From Felis catus (taxonomy: Eukaryota): a stretch of 64,000 bases of DNA. Each line of letters begins with the position of its first letter. The first letter of the stretch is position 1. Shown in pieces: positions 1 through 13,260 of the stretch. The DNA is taken from positions 124,001 to 188,000 of the forward strand of contig NC_058383.1 in assembly GCF_018350175.1 (NCBI RefSeq), read 5' to 3'. The position numbers and the translations under genes are program-made. Under the pieces are notes generated by a model that ran no database searches, had not been told where the DNA came from, and saw nothing but the letters and a program-made list of their open reading frames with translations.

Positions 1-104
1 CTGGGGTGATAACATGAACACAATCCCTCAAAGATGGAGGGTGGTGTCCATGCATGAACACCTTCCCTCTCAAAGTGGGGGTGCAAGCATGACCTACTCC
101 TTGA

Positions 105-365
105 CCAACTCCTAACCCTATCACTAAATGAAATCCCACCAACTAAAGCTAACACCTAACCATAACCATAACCCTAATGCTAAATCATGCCCCTACTCTT
201 CCCCTAACCCTACCCCTAACTCTAACTAACCATTAACGTAAATATAACCTGAACTAACCCTAACCTTAAACTTAACCGTCTAACACTAACCCTCTAACTC
301 TAACCCTAAAACCCTAACCTTAATGCTCTAACTCTACCCGCTAACCATAAAACTATAAACCTAAG
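105..365 (+). repeat. Degenerate telomere-like hexamer tract (TAACCC/TAACTC/TAACCA variants)
   Basis: Dense run of TAACCC variants, e.g. cctaaccctacccctaactctaactaacc, with the C-rich strand on +. It is not a pure (CCCTAA)n array. Confidence 0.8.
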
Positions 366-3300
366 GCCCTCCCCCACAGGAATCCATATCGAAAGACTAA
401 CAACAGCATGCACATGGGGACCAGAAACAGTTCATGACACTCGGCATGGAACGTAGAAAACACCATATATTTCCAAGTGTGGCTGCAGCTGCACAAGAGG
501 ATTCCTGAGGCCTAACCGATGGGTGACCCATGCAGTTGTCTGGCTTTGGAACCCAAAGAGTAATCCTGACCAGCACCCTCCCTTGTATACTCCACTCAGC
601 CCTTTGGGAAGACAACTGCTCTGCTGTGGGTTCAGTGCCTGGAGCCTCCTGGGACCTAACCCTAATGCTAACCAGAACTGTACGCTAACCCTCAACCTCA
701 ACCTAACCCTATCTCTCACACTACACACACATATCTACACCAGACCGGATACAGTTGTCTATCCTTGGAACTGAAAGACTAATCCTGACCCACAGCCTCC
801 ATTGTGCACTCCACTCAGTCATTCCAGGAGGCAATTGCACTGTTGTGGATTCAGCGCTTGGAGCCTAGGGACTGATGTGAACCCTAACCATACCCCTATA
901 CATAACCCTCAATCTAATCGTAACCCTGTTTCTAACCCTAACCCTACACTTGAGCCGCACCCTCGCATGGTATCTCAGGTCAGCCCTCAAGGGAAATCAC
1001 GAGACTGGAGTTGTTTTGGCACTGGTGACTTCCCTGCACTGAACCCTAACCCTGGCTAAGGCTCCATTCCCCATGGGACCCAATTCAAAGTCTGACATCA
1101 GCACGCACATGGTGTCGAGAAGCAGTGCAGGAATACTCAGTGTGGAATGTGGAACATCATCATGTCATTTCAAAAGCCCGGCTGCCACTGTACTTGAGGA
1201 TTCAACAGGCCTACCGGAAGAGTACCTGAAACATTAATCTGGACTTGGAAACAAAAGACTAATCCGGACTGGCAGCCTCCATTGTGCACTCTGCTCAGCC
1301 CTTTGGGAGACAAGTGCACTGCTGTGGGTCCAGTGCCTGGAGACTCCTGGGACATAAATCTAAACCTAACCGTAACCCTAACTATAACCCTCAACCTAAA
1401 CCTAACCCTATCTCTCACACTAACTCTATACCAGACAAGGGTTCTCACTTCAGCCCTCCATGAAATTCATGAGACTGGAGTCCCTTGACCTGGTGATGTC
1501 CTGGCACTGAATCCTAACCCTAGCTATGTCTCCTTCCTCATGGGGACCCAATTCCAATAACGGACAACAGCACGCACATGGTGTAGAGAAGCGGTGCAGG
1601 ATTACTTGGTGTGGAACCTGGAACATCACCATGTCATTTCCAAAGCCCAGAGGGAGCTGCACAAGGGCGCTGCTGAGGCCCAACTAAGGAGTGTCCTACA
1701 CCCGAGGATGGCTTGACACCCTAAGACTAAGAAGGAATGGCACCATCCCTTGCACCCTCCACTCAACCCTCTAGGAGACCTCTGCACTACTTAGGTTTCT
1801 GTATTTATGCACCTCCTGGAACCTACCCCTAACCCTCACCTTGATCCTAGCCGTATTCCTCAACCTAAACCTCACCCCAACTCTAACACTAACGCTACCC
1901 CTGACCTGCTACCACGCACGGCCCTCACTCAGAATCAATGGAGATAAATGGAATGTTGTTGCTTCAGCTTTGTTTATGTCCCTGGATCAAACTGTAACCC
2001 TAGCTGTTTCTCTATCCAGATGGGGATCCAATTCCTAACTCAGAGAATATCACGTACATGGGGCTCAGAAGCGGTGCAGGATTACTCCACATGGAACGTG
2101 GACCACCACCATGCCATGTCCAAATACCAGAGGGAGGTGCAAAAGTGCTTGCTGAGGCCCAAATGAAGAGTGGCCCACATGCAAGGCTGGCACTGGTAAC
2201 CAAAGACTAAGCCTGACCAGTACCCTCCCATGTGCCCTCCACTGAGCCCTCCCGGAGACCACTGCACTGCATGGGGTTCATCACCTGGGGACTCCTTGGA
2301 GCTATCCCTCACCCTAATCATGACGCAAACCATACTCCTCAATCGGAACCTCACCCCAAGTCTAACACTAACAAGAGGCTGGTCTTGGCACTCAAAGTCT
2401 CAGCATGACTGGCACCCTCCCATGTGCCCTCCTCTGAGTCCCCCAGGGAAACAACTGCACTGCCTTGGATTCAGCACCTTGGGCCTCCTGGAACCTAGTC
2501 CTAACCACAACCTTGACCCTCCCCATACTCCTCAACCTATACCTCACCCCAACGCTAATGCTAACCCTACACCTGACCCTCACCTGTGCATTGGCCCTCA
2601 TACAGGCCCTCATGGAGATAACAGGACCGGTGTCTCTTCAGCCCTGCTTATGTCCCTGGACAGTACCTCACCCTATCCGTGGTTCTCTCCCAATGGGTAT
2701 CCAGGTCCTAATTCTGAAACACCACACATATAGGACAAAACCCCTGCAGTATTATTTAGTATGGAATTGGAACATCATCATTTCATTTCCACCGGCGGGA
2801 TGGAGCTGCCCCAGAAGGTTACTGAGACCCAAATGAAGCGTGGCACACACAGAGGCTGGCCTTGAAACACAAAGAATAAGTCTGAACTGAAGGCTCCCAT
2901 GCAGCCACCACTCAGCCTTCCATGGAGACCACTGTGATGCTAGGGGTTCACTTAACCGTGACCCTCACCATACCCTGAACCTCAAATCATTCCAACACTA
3001 ACTCTAACCCTACAACTGACCCCCACCTGCACACTGGCCATCATTCTTCACCCCATAGAGGTAAGTGGAATGGGGTAGCTTCAGTCCTGCTTATCGCCCT
3101 TGTCTGAAACCCAACTCTATCCAAATCTCTCTCCAGATATTGACCTGATTCTTAAGTCTAAGCATACCTCACACATGGGGTCCAGAAGAAGTGGCCGATT
3201 ACTCTGCATGGAATATGTAATATCACCATGTAATATCCAATGCCCGGATATTATTTCAGAAGCAGCTCCTGAGGCTCAAAGTGTGGCACACAAAGGAGGC

Positions 3301-6300
3301 TCGCCCCGGGTCTCAAAGACTAAGCATGACCCACACATTCCCACATGCTCACCAATGAGCCCTCCGGGAAGACCACTGCACTGCTGGTGCTTCAGCGCCT
3401 GGAGCCACTTGGGACAAAACCTAACCATTATATTTACCGGAGCCATACACATCATCCTCAACCTCACCCCAACCCTAAAGGTAACCCTGCACCTGACCTG
3501 CACCCCTGCATGGGCGCTCATTCAGCCCTCCATGTAGATAATGGGACTGGTGTCGCTTCGGCCCTGCTTATGTCCCTGGACCAAATCCTGACCCTAGCTA
3601 TGGCTCTCCCCCAATGGGAATACAGTTCCTAACTCTGAGAACACAATGCACATAGGGCCCAAACCCCTGCAGTATTCTTCAAGATGGAATTGGAATATCA
3701 GCATTTCATTTGCACTGCTGGGAAGGAGCTGCACAAGAAGGTTGCTGAGGCCCGAATGAAGAGTGTCACACATAGGATGCTGCCCTGGCACTCAAAGACT
3801 AAGTCTGAACTTTAGGCTGCCATGCAGCTTCCACTCAGCCCTCCGTGGAGACCACTGCAGTGATAGGAGTTTACCTCCTGGAACCTCCTGGGACCTAACC
3901 CTAACAGTAATGATGACCCTCACCATACCCCTCAACCTAAAGTTCACACCAACTTTAACCATAATCCTAAACCTTGCATGCATTAGTGCATGGGCCCTCA
4001 CTTCAGCCTTCCTGGGTGATCACCGGACTCCTATCCCTTCAGCCCTATCTATGTCCCTGGGCCAAACCCTAACACTAGCTAAGACTCTCTCCCGATGAGG
4101 ACCAAATTCATAAGTCTGATATGACCACACACATGTGGGCCCAGAAGTGGTGCAGCGTTACTTTCCATGGAAAGTGGAACATCACCAGGTAATTTCTAAA
4201 GTCCAGAGGGAGGTGTACAGGCGGTTGCTGAGGCCCAACTGAAGAGTGGCCCACACCTGAGGCTGGCTCTGCCAACCAAAGACTAAGTTGAACAGCACCC
4301 TCCCATGCACCCTCCATTCTGCCCTTCAGGGAGACCACTGCACAGCTAGGGGTTCAGCATCTGGGGAATCCTGGAACCTAACTTTAAACATAACCAGGAT
4401 CCTCGTTGTCCTCCTCAACCTCAACCTCACCCCAACACTAATGCTAACCCTACACCTGAACCGCACCCGTGCATGGGCCCTCATTCAGCCCCCCATGGAG
4501 ACAAGGGGACTGGTGTAGGTTCAGCCATGCTTATGGCCCTGGACCAAACCCTAACTCTAACTAAGGCTCTTTCCCAATTTGGATCCAGTTCCTAACTCTG
4601 AGAAAACCATGAACATAGGCCCCAAACCCCTGCAGTATTATTCAGGATGGTATTGGAGCATTATCATGTCATTTCTACTGCCGGGATGGAGCTGCAAAAG
4701 GAGGTTGCTGAGGCCCAACTGTAGAGTGGTACACATGGGAGGCTGGCCCTGGCACACAAAGCATAAGTCTGAACTGAAGACTACCATGCAGCTTCCACAC
4801 AGCTGTCCGTACAGACCACTGCACTGCCTGCGTTTCAGAATCTGGGGCCTCCTTGGCCCTACCCCTGACCTTAACTGTGATCCTCACCATACTCCTCAAC
4901 CTAACCTCACCCCAATTCTAAAAATGACCCTACACCTGACTAGCATTCACGCATGGGCCCCCATTTCAGCCCTGAAGGGCAAACACGGGACTAGTGTCAC
5001 CTTGGCCCTATCAATGTTCCTGGCATGAACCCTCAACCTAGTTATGGCTCACTGCCGATAGTGATCCAATTCTGAAATCTGAGAGACCACACACGTGGGG
5101 TTCAGAAGAGCTGGATTCCTTGGCATGGAACGTGGGAAATGACCAGGTAATTTCCAAAGCCCAGAGGGAGCTGCACAAGGGGGTTGCTGAGGCCCAACCA
5201 AAATGTAGCCTATATCCGAGACTGGCACTAGCCCCTAAAGATTAAGCCTGAATGGCACCCTCCCATGTGCCCTCCACTGAGCCCTCTAGGGAGACTGCTA
5301 CACTGCTTGGGTTTCAGCACCTAGGGCCTCCTGGAACCTAACCCTAACCCTAAGCATGACCCATGCCATAATCCTCAACCTAAACTTCACCCTAACTCTA
5401 ATGCTAAACCTATACCTGACACACATCCGTGCATGGGCCTTAATTCAGGCCTGCATGGAGATAACACAACTGATGTAGTTTCAGCCCTGCTTATGTCGCT
5501 ATACAGAACCATATCTCCACCTAAGTCTCTCTCCGATGATGACCCAATTTTTAAGTTTGAGGATACCACACACATGGGGGCCAGAAGAGGAGCAGGATTA
5601 CTCAGCAGAATTATATCACCATGTAATATCCAAAGCCCAGATGTCATTGCAGAAGGGGTTGCTGAGGCTAAACCAAAGAGTGGTCCACAAAGGAGGCTCG
5701 CCCTGGCACATAAACACTAAGCACGACCCATACTCTCCCATGTGCCCTCTACTGAGCCCTCTGGGAGGACCACTGCACTGCTGATGGCTCAGTGCATGAG
5801 ACCACCTGGGACGTAAACCCAACCCTAATACTGACCAGAACCTTACACATCATCCTCAACTCACTCTAAGTCTAACGCTAACCCTACACATGACACGCAC
5901 CCTGTGCATGGTCCCTCATTTAGACCTAAATGGAGATAATGGGACTAGTGTCGCTTTGGCCATACATATGTCCCTGGTTCAAAACCCATCCCTAGCTATG
6001 GTATACTCACGATGGAGATCCAACTCCTAACTCTGAGAAGACCACACACCTGGGGCCCAAAGCAGTGCAGGATTACTCAGCATGGAATGTAAAGCATAAC
6101 CATATCATTCCCAATTCCCTCATGGAGCTGCACAAGGGGGTTGCTGAGGTCCAACTGAAGAGTGGCCCAAATCAGAGGCTTGCCCTCGCCTTCCCAGACA
6201 AATCCTGACCAGCACGATCCATGGAGCTTTCACTCAGCCCTTCTGGGAGACCACATCCATGCTGGAGTCTCCTGGGACCTAACCCTATCCGTGACCTTCA

Positions 6301-9300
6301 ACGTACCCCTCAACATAAAAATCACCCCTACTCTAAACATAACCATATAATTGACCCACATCCTCGCATGGGCCCTCATTGCACCACTCCAAGGAGATCA
6401 CAGGACAGCTGTCACTTCAGTCCAGCTCACGCATCTTGATTGAACCCTAACTCTAGATAAAGCTCTCTCCCAATGGTCACGCAATTCTTCAGTATGAGGA
6501 CACCACACACATGGGGCGTCCAGAAGAGGAGCAGGATTAATGGATATCGGACATGGATTATCACCATGTAATATGCAAATCTCAGATGTAGTTGCAGAAG
6601 CAGTTGCTGAGGCTCAACGAAAGAGTGGCCCACAATGGAGGCTCACCATGGCACTCAAAGACTAAGCATGACCGACACCCTCCCATATGCACTCCACTGA
6701 GCCCTCTGGAGAGACCACTGCACTTCTGAGTGTTCAGCACCAGGAGCTACCTTGGATGTAACCCCAACTCTTAAAGTCACCAGAGCCATTCACATAAACC
6801 TCAACCTCACCCCAACTCTAACGCTAACCATACACCTGACAGGAACCCTTGCATGGGCCCTCATTCAACCCTCCATGGACATAAAGGGACTGGTGTTGCT
6901 TCAGCCCTGCTTATGTCCCTTGTCCAAACCCTCACCCTAGCTATGGCTCTTTCCCAGTGGGGATCCAGTTCGTAAAATCTGAGAACACCACGTACGCAGG
7001 GCCCAAATTCCCTGCAGTATTATTCGGTATGGAATTTGCACATCATCATACCATTTCCACTGCCAGGATGGAGCTGCACAAGGAGGTTTCTGAGACCCAA
7101 CTAAAGAGTTGCACACACGGGAGTTTGGCCCTGGCACGCAAAGACTAAGTCTGAACTGAAGGATCCCATGCAGTCTCCACCCAACCCTCTGTGGAGACCA
7201 CTGCACTGCTAAGGGTTAAGCATCTGGGGCCTCCTTGGAACTCTCCGTAACACTATCCATGACCCTCATCATAGCCCTTAACCTAAACCTCACCCCAACT
7301 CTAACACTAACTCTATACCTGACCCTCACCCATGCATGGACTCTAATTCAGCCCTCCATGGACTTAACGAGACTGGTGTAGTTTGGACCCTGCTTACAGC
7401 CCTGGACGTAACCCTTACTCTAACTAAGGCTCTCTTTCGATGGTGACCCATCAAGGATACCACACACACGGGGTCCAGAAGAGGAGCAGGATTATTTGAC
7501 ACAGAACATGGAATATCACCATGTAATAATATTCAAAGCCCAGATGTAGTTGCAGAAGCAGTTTTTGAGGCTTGGGCCACCAAACAGTGGCCCACAGAGG
7601 AGACTCGCCTTGGAACTCAAAGACTAAGCATGACTGAAACTCTCCCATGGCCATTCACTGAGACTTCTGGGGAGAACACGGTACTGCTTGTGGTTCAGCG
7701 CTTGGAGCCACCTGGGACATAAGCCAAACCCTAATAGTAAACAGAAAGATACACATCAACCTCAACCTCACCCCAACTCTAACGCTAACCCTACACCTGA
7801 TCCACAGCTGTACATGGCCCCTGATTGAGCCCTCCACAGAGATAACAGGACTGGTGTGGCTTCAGCTCTGCTTATGTCCGTTGCCCGAATCCTCACCCTA
7901 GCTATGGCTCCCTCCCAATGGGAATCCAGTTCCGCATTCTGAGAACACCACACACATAGGGCCCAAACCCATGCAGTATTATTCATTATGAAATTGGAGG
8001 ATCATCATGTCATTTCCACTGCCAGGATGGAGCTGCCCGAGGAGGTTGGTGAGGTCCCACTGAAGAGTGGCAGAGATGGGAGGCTGGTCCTGGCCCACAA
8101 AGAATACGTCTGAACTGAAGGCTCCCATGCAGCCTCCACTCAGCGCTCCATGGAGACTACTGCACTACTAGGGTTTCACTACCTGGAACCTACTGGGTCC
8201 TAACCCTAACACTAACCGTGACCCTCACCATACCCCTCAACCAAAACCTCACACCATGTCTAACCATGACCCTACTCCTGAATTGCATTCACGCATAATA
8301 CCTCACATCAGCCCTCCAGGGTGATCATGGGACTCGTGTAGCTTCAGCCCTCTCTATGTCACTGGCTTGAACCCTAAACCTGCTAAGGGTCTCTCCCAAT
8401 GACGACCAAATTCCTAAGTCTGATATTACCACGCATATGGGATCCAGAGACGGTGCAGTGGTACTTGCCAAGGGACGTGGAACATCACCAGATAATTTCG
8501 AAAGCCCAGAGGGAGCTGCACAAGGGGGTTGCTGAGGCCCAACCAAAGAGTAGCCCACAGCTGAGGCAGGCCCTAGGTCCCAAGACTAAGATTTCCTGGC
8601 ACACTAACACGCATCCTCAACTCAGCCCTCCAGGGACACCACTGCACTGCTTGGGGTTCAGAATCTGGGGCCTTCTTAGACCTACCCCTACCCCTAATTG
8701 TGACCCTCACTGTACTCCTCAACATAAACCTTACCCCAACTCTAATGCTAACCCTAGACCTGCCCCTCACCCACTCACGGGCCATCATTTATCCCACCAT
8801 GAAAGTAATGTGACTGGTGAGATTCTGCCCTGCTTTTCGCCCTGGAAAGAACCCTGACTCTAACTAAGGCTCTCTCCCAATGATGACCCATTTCTTAACT
8901 CTGAAGATACCATACACATGGGGTCCAGAAGAGGAGATGAACTACTGGGCATGGAATGTGGAATATCACCATGTAATATCAAATGTCCAAATGGAGTTGC
9001 AGAAGGGGTTTGCTGACAGCAAAGAGAAGAGTGGCCCATAAAGGAGGCTCGTCCTGGCACTCAAAGACAAAGCATGAGAGACACCCTCCTATGTGCCCTC
9101 CTGAGCCCTTGGGGAAGACCATGCACTGCTGATGCTTCAATGCCTGGAGCCACCTGGGATATAAGCTCAACCCTAATAGTGACCAGAAACATACACATCA
9201 ACCTCAACCTCAAACCACCTCTAACTTTTACCCTACACCTAGCCTGCACCATGCATGGGTCCTCATTCAGCCTTACATGGAGATAATGGAACTGGTGTCT

Positions 9301-10697
9301 CTTCAGCCATGCGTATATCCCTGGATCGAACCCCCACCCTAGCTATGTCTCTCTCCAATGGGGATCCACTTCCTAACTCTGAGAGCACCACACACATAGG
9401 GCACAAACACCTGCACTACTGTTCAGGATGGAATTGGAACATCATGATGTCATTTACACTGCCAGGATGGAGGTGCACAAGGAGGTTGCTAAGGCCCAAC
9501 TAAAGAGTTGCACACAAGGGAGTTTGGCCCTGGCACTAAAAGACTAAGTCTGAACTGAAGGCTCCCATGCAGCCTCCACTCAGCCCTCCATGGAGACCAC
9601 TGCACTGTTAGGGGTTCAGCATCTGGGGGCTCCTTGGACCTACCCTTAACCCTATCTGTGACCCGCATCATAGTCCTCAACCTAAACCTCACCCCAAATC
9701 TAACACTAACTCTACACCTAACCCTCACACGCACATGGGCCCTCATTCAGCCCACCATGGAAATAACGGGACTGGTGTAGCTTCAGCCCTGATTTCGGCC
9801 CTGGAATGAACCCTTAGTCTAACTAAGGCTCTCTGCCAATGAAGACCCATTTGTTAAGTCTGAGGATACCACACACATGGGTTCCAGAAGATGAGCAAGA
9901 TTACTCAGCATGGAACGTGGAATATCACCCACATAATACCCAAAACCCAGATGCAGTTGCAGAAGGGGGTTTCTGAGGCTCAACCAAGGAGTGGCCCACA
10001 GAGATGGCTCACCCTGGCACACAAAGGCTAAGCATGACTGACACCCTCCCATGTGCCCTCCGCTGAGCCCTCCGGGGAGGCCACTGCACTTCTGTGGATC
10101 AGCAACTGGAGCCACCTGGGAAGTAATCCCAACCCTAATAGTGACCAGAAACATACACATCAACCTGAACCTCAACTCCAGCTCTAACACTAACACTACA
10201 CCTGACCCGCACGAATTCATGGGCCCTCATTCAGCCCTCCATGGAGACAACAGGACTGGTGTCATTTCGGCCCTTCTTATATCCCTGGACCAAACCCTCA
10301 CCCTATCTATGGCTCCCTCCCAATGGGTATCCGGTTCCTATCTCTGAGAACACCATGCACATAAGGCCCGATCCCTACAGTATTGTTCAGATTTGAATCG
10401 GAACATCATCATGTCAATTCCATTGCCGGCATGGAGTTCCACAAGGAGGTTGCTGAGGCCCAACCTCAGCATGAGTGACACACATGGGAGGCGATCCTGG
10501 CATGAAAAAACTAAGTCTGAACTGAAGACTCCCATGCAGCCTCCACTCAGCCCTCAGTGGAGACAACTTCTCTGCTAGGGGTTCACTGCCTGGAACCTCC
10601 TAGGTCCTACCCCTAACACTAACCGTGATCCTAAACATGCCCCTCAACTTAAACTTCATACCAACTCTAACCATAACCCTACAACCATAAACCTACA
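365..10697 (+). repeat. FA-SAT-type felid major satellite array, ~21 diverged ~480-bp monomers
   Basis: The motif (g)ctgaggccc and variants recur at ~505, 1193, 1672, 2152, 2822, 3269, 3745, 4228, 4708, 5187, 5662, 6144, 6607, 7090, 7566, 8048, 8532, 9013, 9489, 9973 and 10453, mostly ~480 bp apart. Each unit carries a TAACCC-variant block. This matches the known ~483-bp cat FA-SAT design; the family name is from recall, not a search. Confidence 0.88.
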
Positions 10698-10699
10698 CG

Positions 10700-10930
10700 A
10701 CACAGGGCCTTGTACATAGTGAGTACTCAGCACACACATGTTGAATCAATGAATGCATGCTCTGAAGCCAGACCTCTTAGATAACCATTCCACCTCCACC
10801 ACTTAAGGGCTTTGTGATTGGGCAAGTTATTTAATCTCTTTATGTTTCTTTGATATTAAAAAAGTGTACCAGAATCCTTAATGAATTAGGGAGTTGTGAG
10901 GAGGAAATGAGCTTGCACGTAGTAAGGGTT
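10700..10930 (+). mobile_element. Ancient L2 3' end plus MIR fragment
   Basis: 'gtacatagtgagtactcag...gttgaatcaatgaatg' resembles the L2 tail and 'ttgtgattgggcaagttatttaatctct' resembles the MIR core. Confidence 0.55.
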
Positions 10931-11181
10931 CATTTAGTAGGAGATTGGCAGCAGCAGCAGCAGCAGAAGCAGCATTCACAAGCATCATTTTCTGTCACAC
11001 ACAGTTAGGGCCACAATACCCTCTGGTGACCACACAGTGTAAATGCACATGCACGTGCACTTTGCTCTCCCTCCACCCTAGGTGGGAGGCTGGGGAGATA
11101 TGGCCTGGAAAATCTTTTTCCTGCACCTGCCTTCCAGGAGCCCAGACATAGCCATGATGCCCTCTGTGTCCTCGTCCCTAC

Positions 11182-11279
11182 CTCCCTTTGAATTGGGTCC
11201 AGCTGCTCACCACAGCTGATTAAGCTACGGCCAGATATTCCATCAGGGCATTCTCCACCTCACTGGCCCGATTCAGCAC
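11182..11279 (-). pseudogene. Disabled exon of an acyl-CoA synthetase medium-chain gene (ACSM family, closest to ACSM1 by recall)
   Basis: Minus strand reads cctccAG|GTGCTGAATCGGGCCAGTGAGGTGGAGAATGCCCTGATGGAATATCTGGCCGTAGCTTAATCAGCTGTGGTGAGCAGCTGGACCCAATTCAAAGGGAG|GTaggg. With two 1-nt gaps this gives C*IGPxEVENALMEYLAVA*SAVVSSxDPIQRE, versus the ACSM motif YRIGPxEVENALxEHPAVAESAVVSSPDPIRGE. Splice sites are canonical; there are two stops and two frameshifts. The paralog is not certain, so the symbol is left empty. Confidence 0.85.
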
Positions 11280-11486
11280 CTGGAGGATCAATGACTCCTT
11301 CTCGGTTTCTGAGCAGCTGGCAGGGCTGGGTGACCCAGGCCATCAAGTGTCATATTTTGGAATGTCACATCTTACTTTTGTATGTAGGATAACTATCTCA
11401 GGGAGCCCAGATACCTGTGTCCTGCCTCTGTCTTGGGCCCCATATATGAAGAATGGACACTCCATGTAGTAAATATGACAGTCACT

Positions 11487-11697
11487 GGGCACCTGGGTGG
11501 CTGAGTGGGTGAAGCATCCGACTTCAGATCTGGTCATGATCTAGCAGGTTGTGAGTTTGAACCCTGCATTGCATTCTGTGTTGACAGCTCAGAGCCCGGA
11601 GCCTGCTTTAAATTCTGTGTCTCCCTCTCTTTCTGCCTCTTCTCCTCTCACACTCTATCTGTGCCTTCTCAAAAATAAATAAGCATTAAAAAAAACC
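11487..11697 (+). mobile_element. Can-SINE (felid SINEC type)
   Basis: gggcacctgggtggct head, tggtcatgatc, CT-rich tract, aaaaataaataa tail. Confidence 0.9.
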
Positions 11698-12488
11698 ACG
11701 ATAGTCACATGCTCCCCAAAGTTTCTTACCTCACTGCCTCTGGTCAGGGAAGAGGACACATGTTTAGTCCTCCCTGAGCTCTGGGGCTTCATCTGAAACC
11801 TTCAGGAAAGTTCTGCATCCTATTCCTCATTATATGAGCATGTTTTAGGGAAAAGAAGAAAAGACTCTCTATTGTCTAAATATACATGGAAATGGGGTGC
11901 TGTAGGATAATGTAAACTTTTTCCTAGAAAAATCACTTTATTTTACAAATATGACCCATTCCTCCTTCTGCCTTCTCTCCAAGACTGCCAAATATTCGTT
12001 CAACAAATGTTAACTACCTGCTATGTGTCAGATATGATTCATGGTCTTGGGGACACCATAGAGAAAAACAGCAGGGTCCCTGCTCTCAGTAAGTTACATT
12101 CTCAAAATGATAAGAAGGTTACCACAGATTAAGCTGTTACAGTATGCAAGTGTGGTGCAGATTCATTTCCACACATCATGACTCTTACACTTCATAAAGG
12201 ATTAGAAGGTACACAGTTAATTTCCTAGGTTCTCTAAGGTAACACAGACTCAAATGGTGAAGTAATTTGTCGCATGTCACCAGCTAGTGTTTGGGCTCAG
12301 AGTGGAATTATCACTTGTTTCATTCTCATGTTTAGGCTGCATGTTTTTGGGCACATGGACTGTAATTGTAACAAAGTCAATAAGATTTTCTGATCTGAAG
12401 TTGAAGACTGCCTCGTACATGTTCTATTGCTATTTGTATTACTACCTCAGCTTATGAGCTTTCAGGTTAATGAAAATGTCTCACTCTA

Positions 12489-12690
12489 GGGGCGCCTTGG
12501 TGGCTCAGTCCATTAAACGTCCAACAGTTGATTTCAGCTCAGGTCATGATCTTAACGTTCATAGGATCAAACCCTACATAAGGCTGTATGCGAAGTGTGG
12601 AGCTTGCTAAGGATTCTCTCTCTATTCCTCTCTCTGTGCCCCTCCCTCTCCATGCACTCTCAAAATAAACCAATAAACTTAAAAAAAATA
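12489..12690 (+). mobile_element. Can-SINE
   Basis: ggggcgccttggtggctcagtc head, CT tract and A-tail, with an approximate TSD (tgtctcactcta / tgcctcactcca). Confidence 0.9.
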
Positions 12691-12886
12691 TGCCTCACTC
12701 CAACGGGTAGGCAGATAACACAGAGGTATGAACAAAGTCAACATTTCTTATACTTTGAAGGATTTTCTAAAATAATGTGGAGATACTCTGAACTTGAGAT
12801 CCGAGACCTAGTTTTCCCGTGTGCTAAGGAACAACTGAAGGAACATGCAAAGGTTCCCCTCATCCTAGTCTGTATCCAAGCTTCTG

Positions 12887-13260
12887 ATTCATTCATTCAT
12901 TCATTCATTCATTCATTCCATGAATACTAACAGAAATCCTATTCTCTTCTAAGCAAAGTACATCGTGGTGAACCAGAACACATGGCTCAGCCTCATGGGA
13001 ATCAGATACAGCAGAGGAAAAAAAATAGCCTAATAACCATGTAGTAAGAAAATAGCCACAAACGAAAATAATTGCTATTAAGGGAAGGACCAGATAAGGC
13101 CATGAAGATACATTTAGAAGGAAATTACCAATTTTATGAGAAAAATGATACCTTCCCTAAAAAAGTCCTTCTTGCCCTGACATCTGAAGGTTAAATGGGA
13201 CTTTACCAGGTGAGATGGGGTGCCTGGAAGGGGGGCAGCTCGCACCAGAGGAACTCTCAG
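12887..13260 (-). mobile_element. L2 fragment with (TTCA)n tail
   Basis: (attc)n at 12887-12918 followed by L2-like 3' sequence. Confidence 0.5.

Noticed and set aside
105..365. True telomere
   Set aside because: The hexamers are heavily degenerate and non-telomeric sequence (1-104) lies outside them.
397..10578. Dozens of 60-167 aa ORFs with LTLTLNL / VRVRVR repeats
   Set aside because: They are translations of satellite monomers and TAACCC blocks, recurring with the 480-bp period, and are not genes.
365..10697. CRISPR-like repeat/spacer array
   Set aside because: Whole ~480-bp units are homologous, there are no unique spacers, and the context is mammalian.
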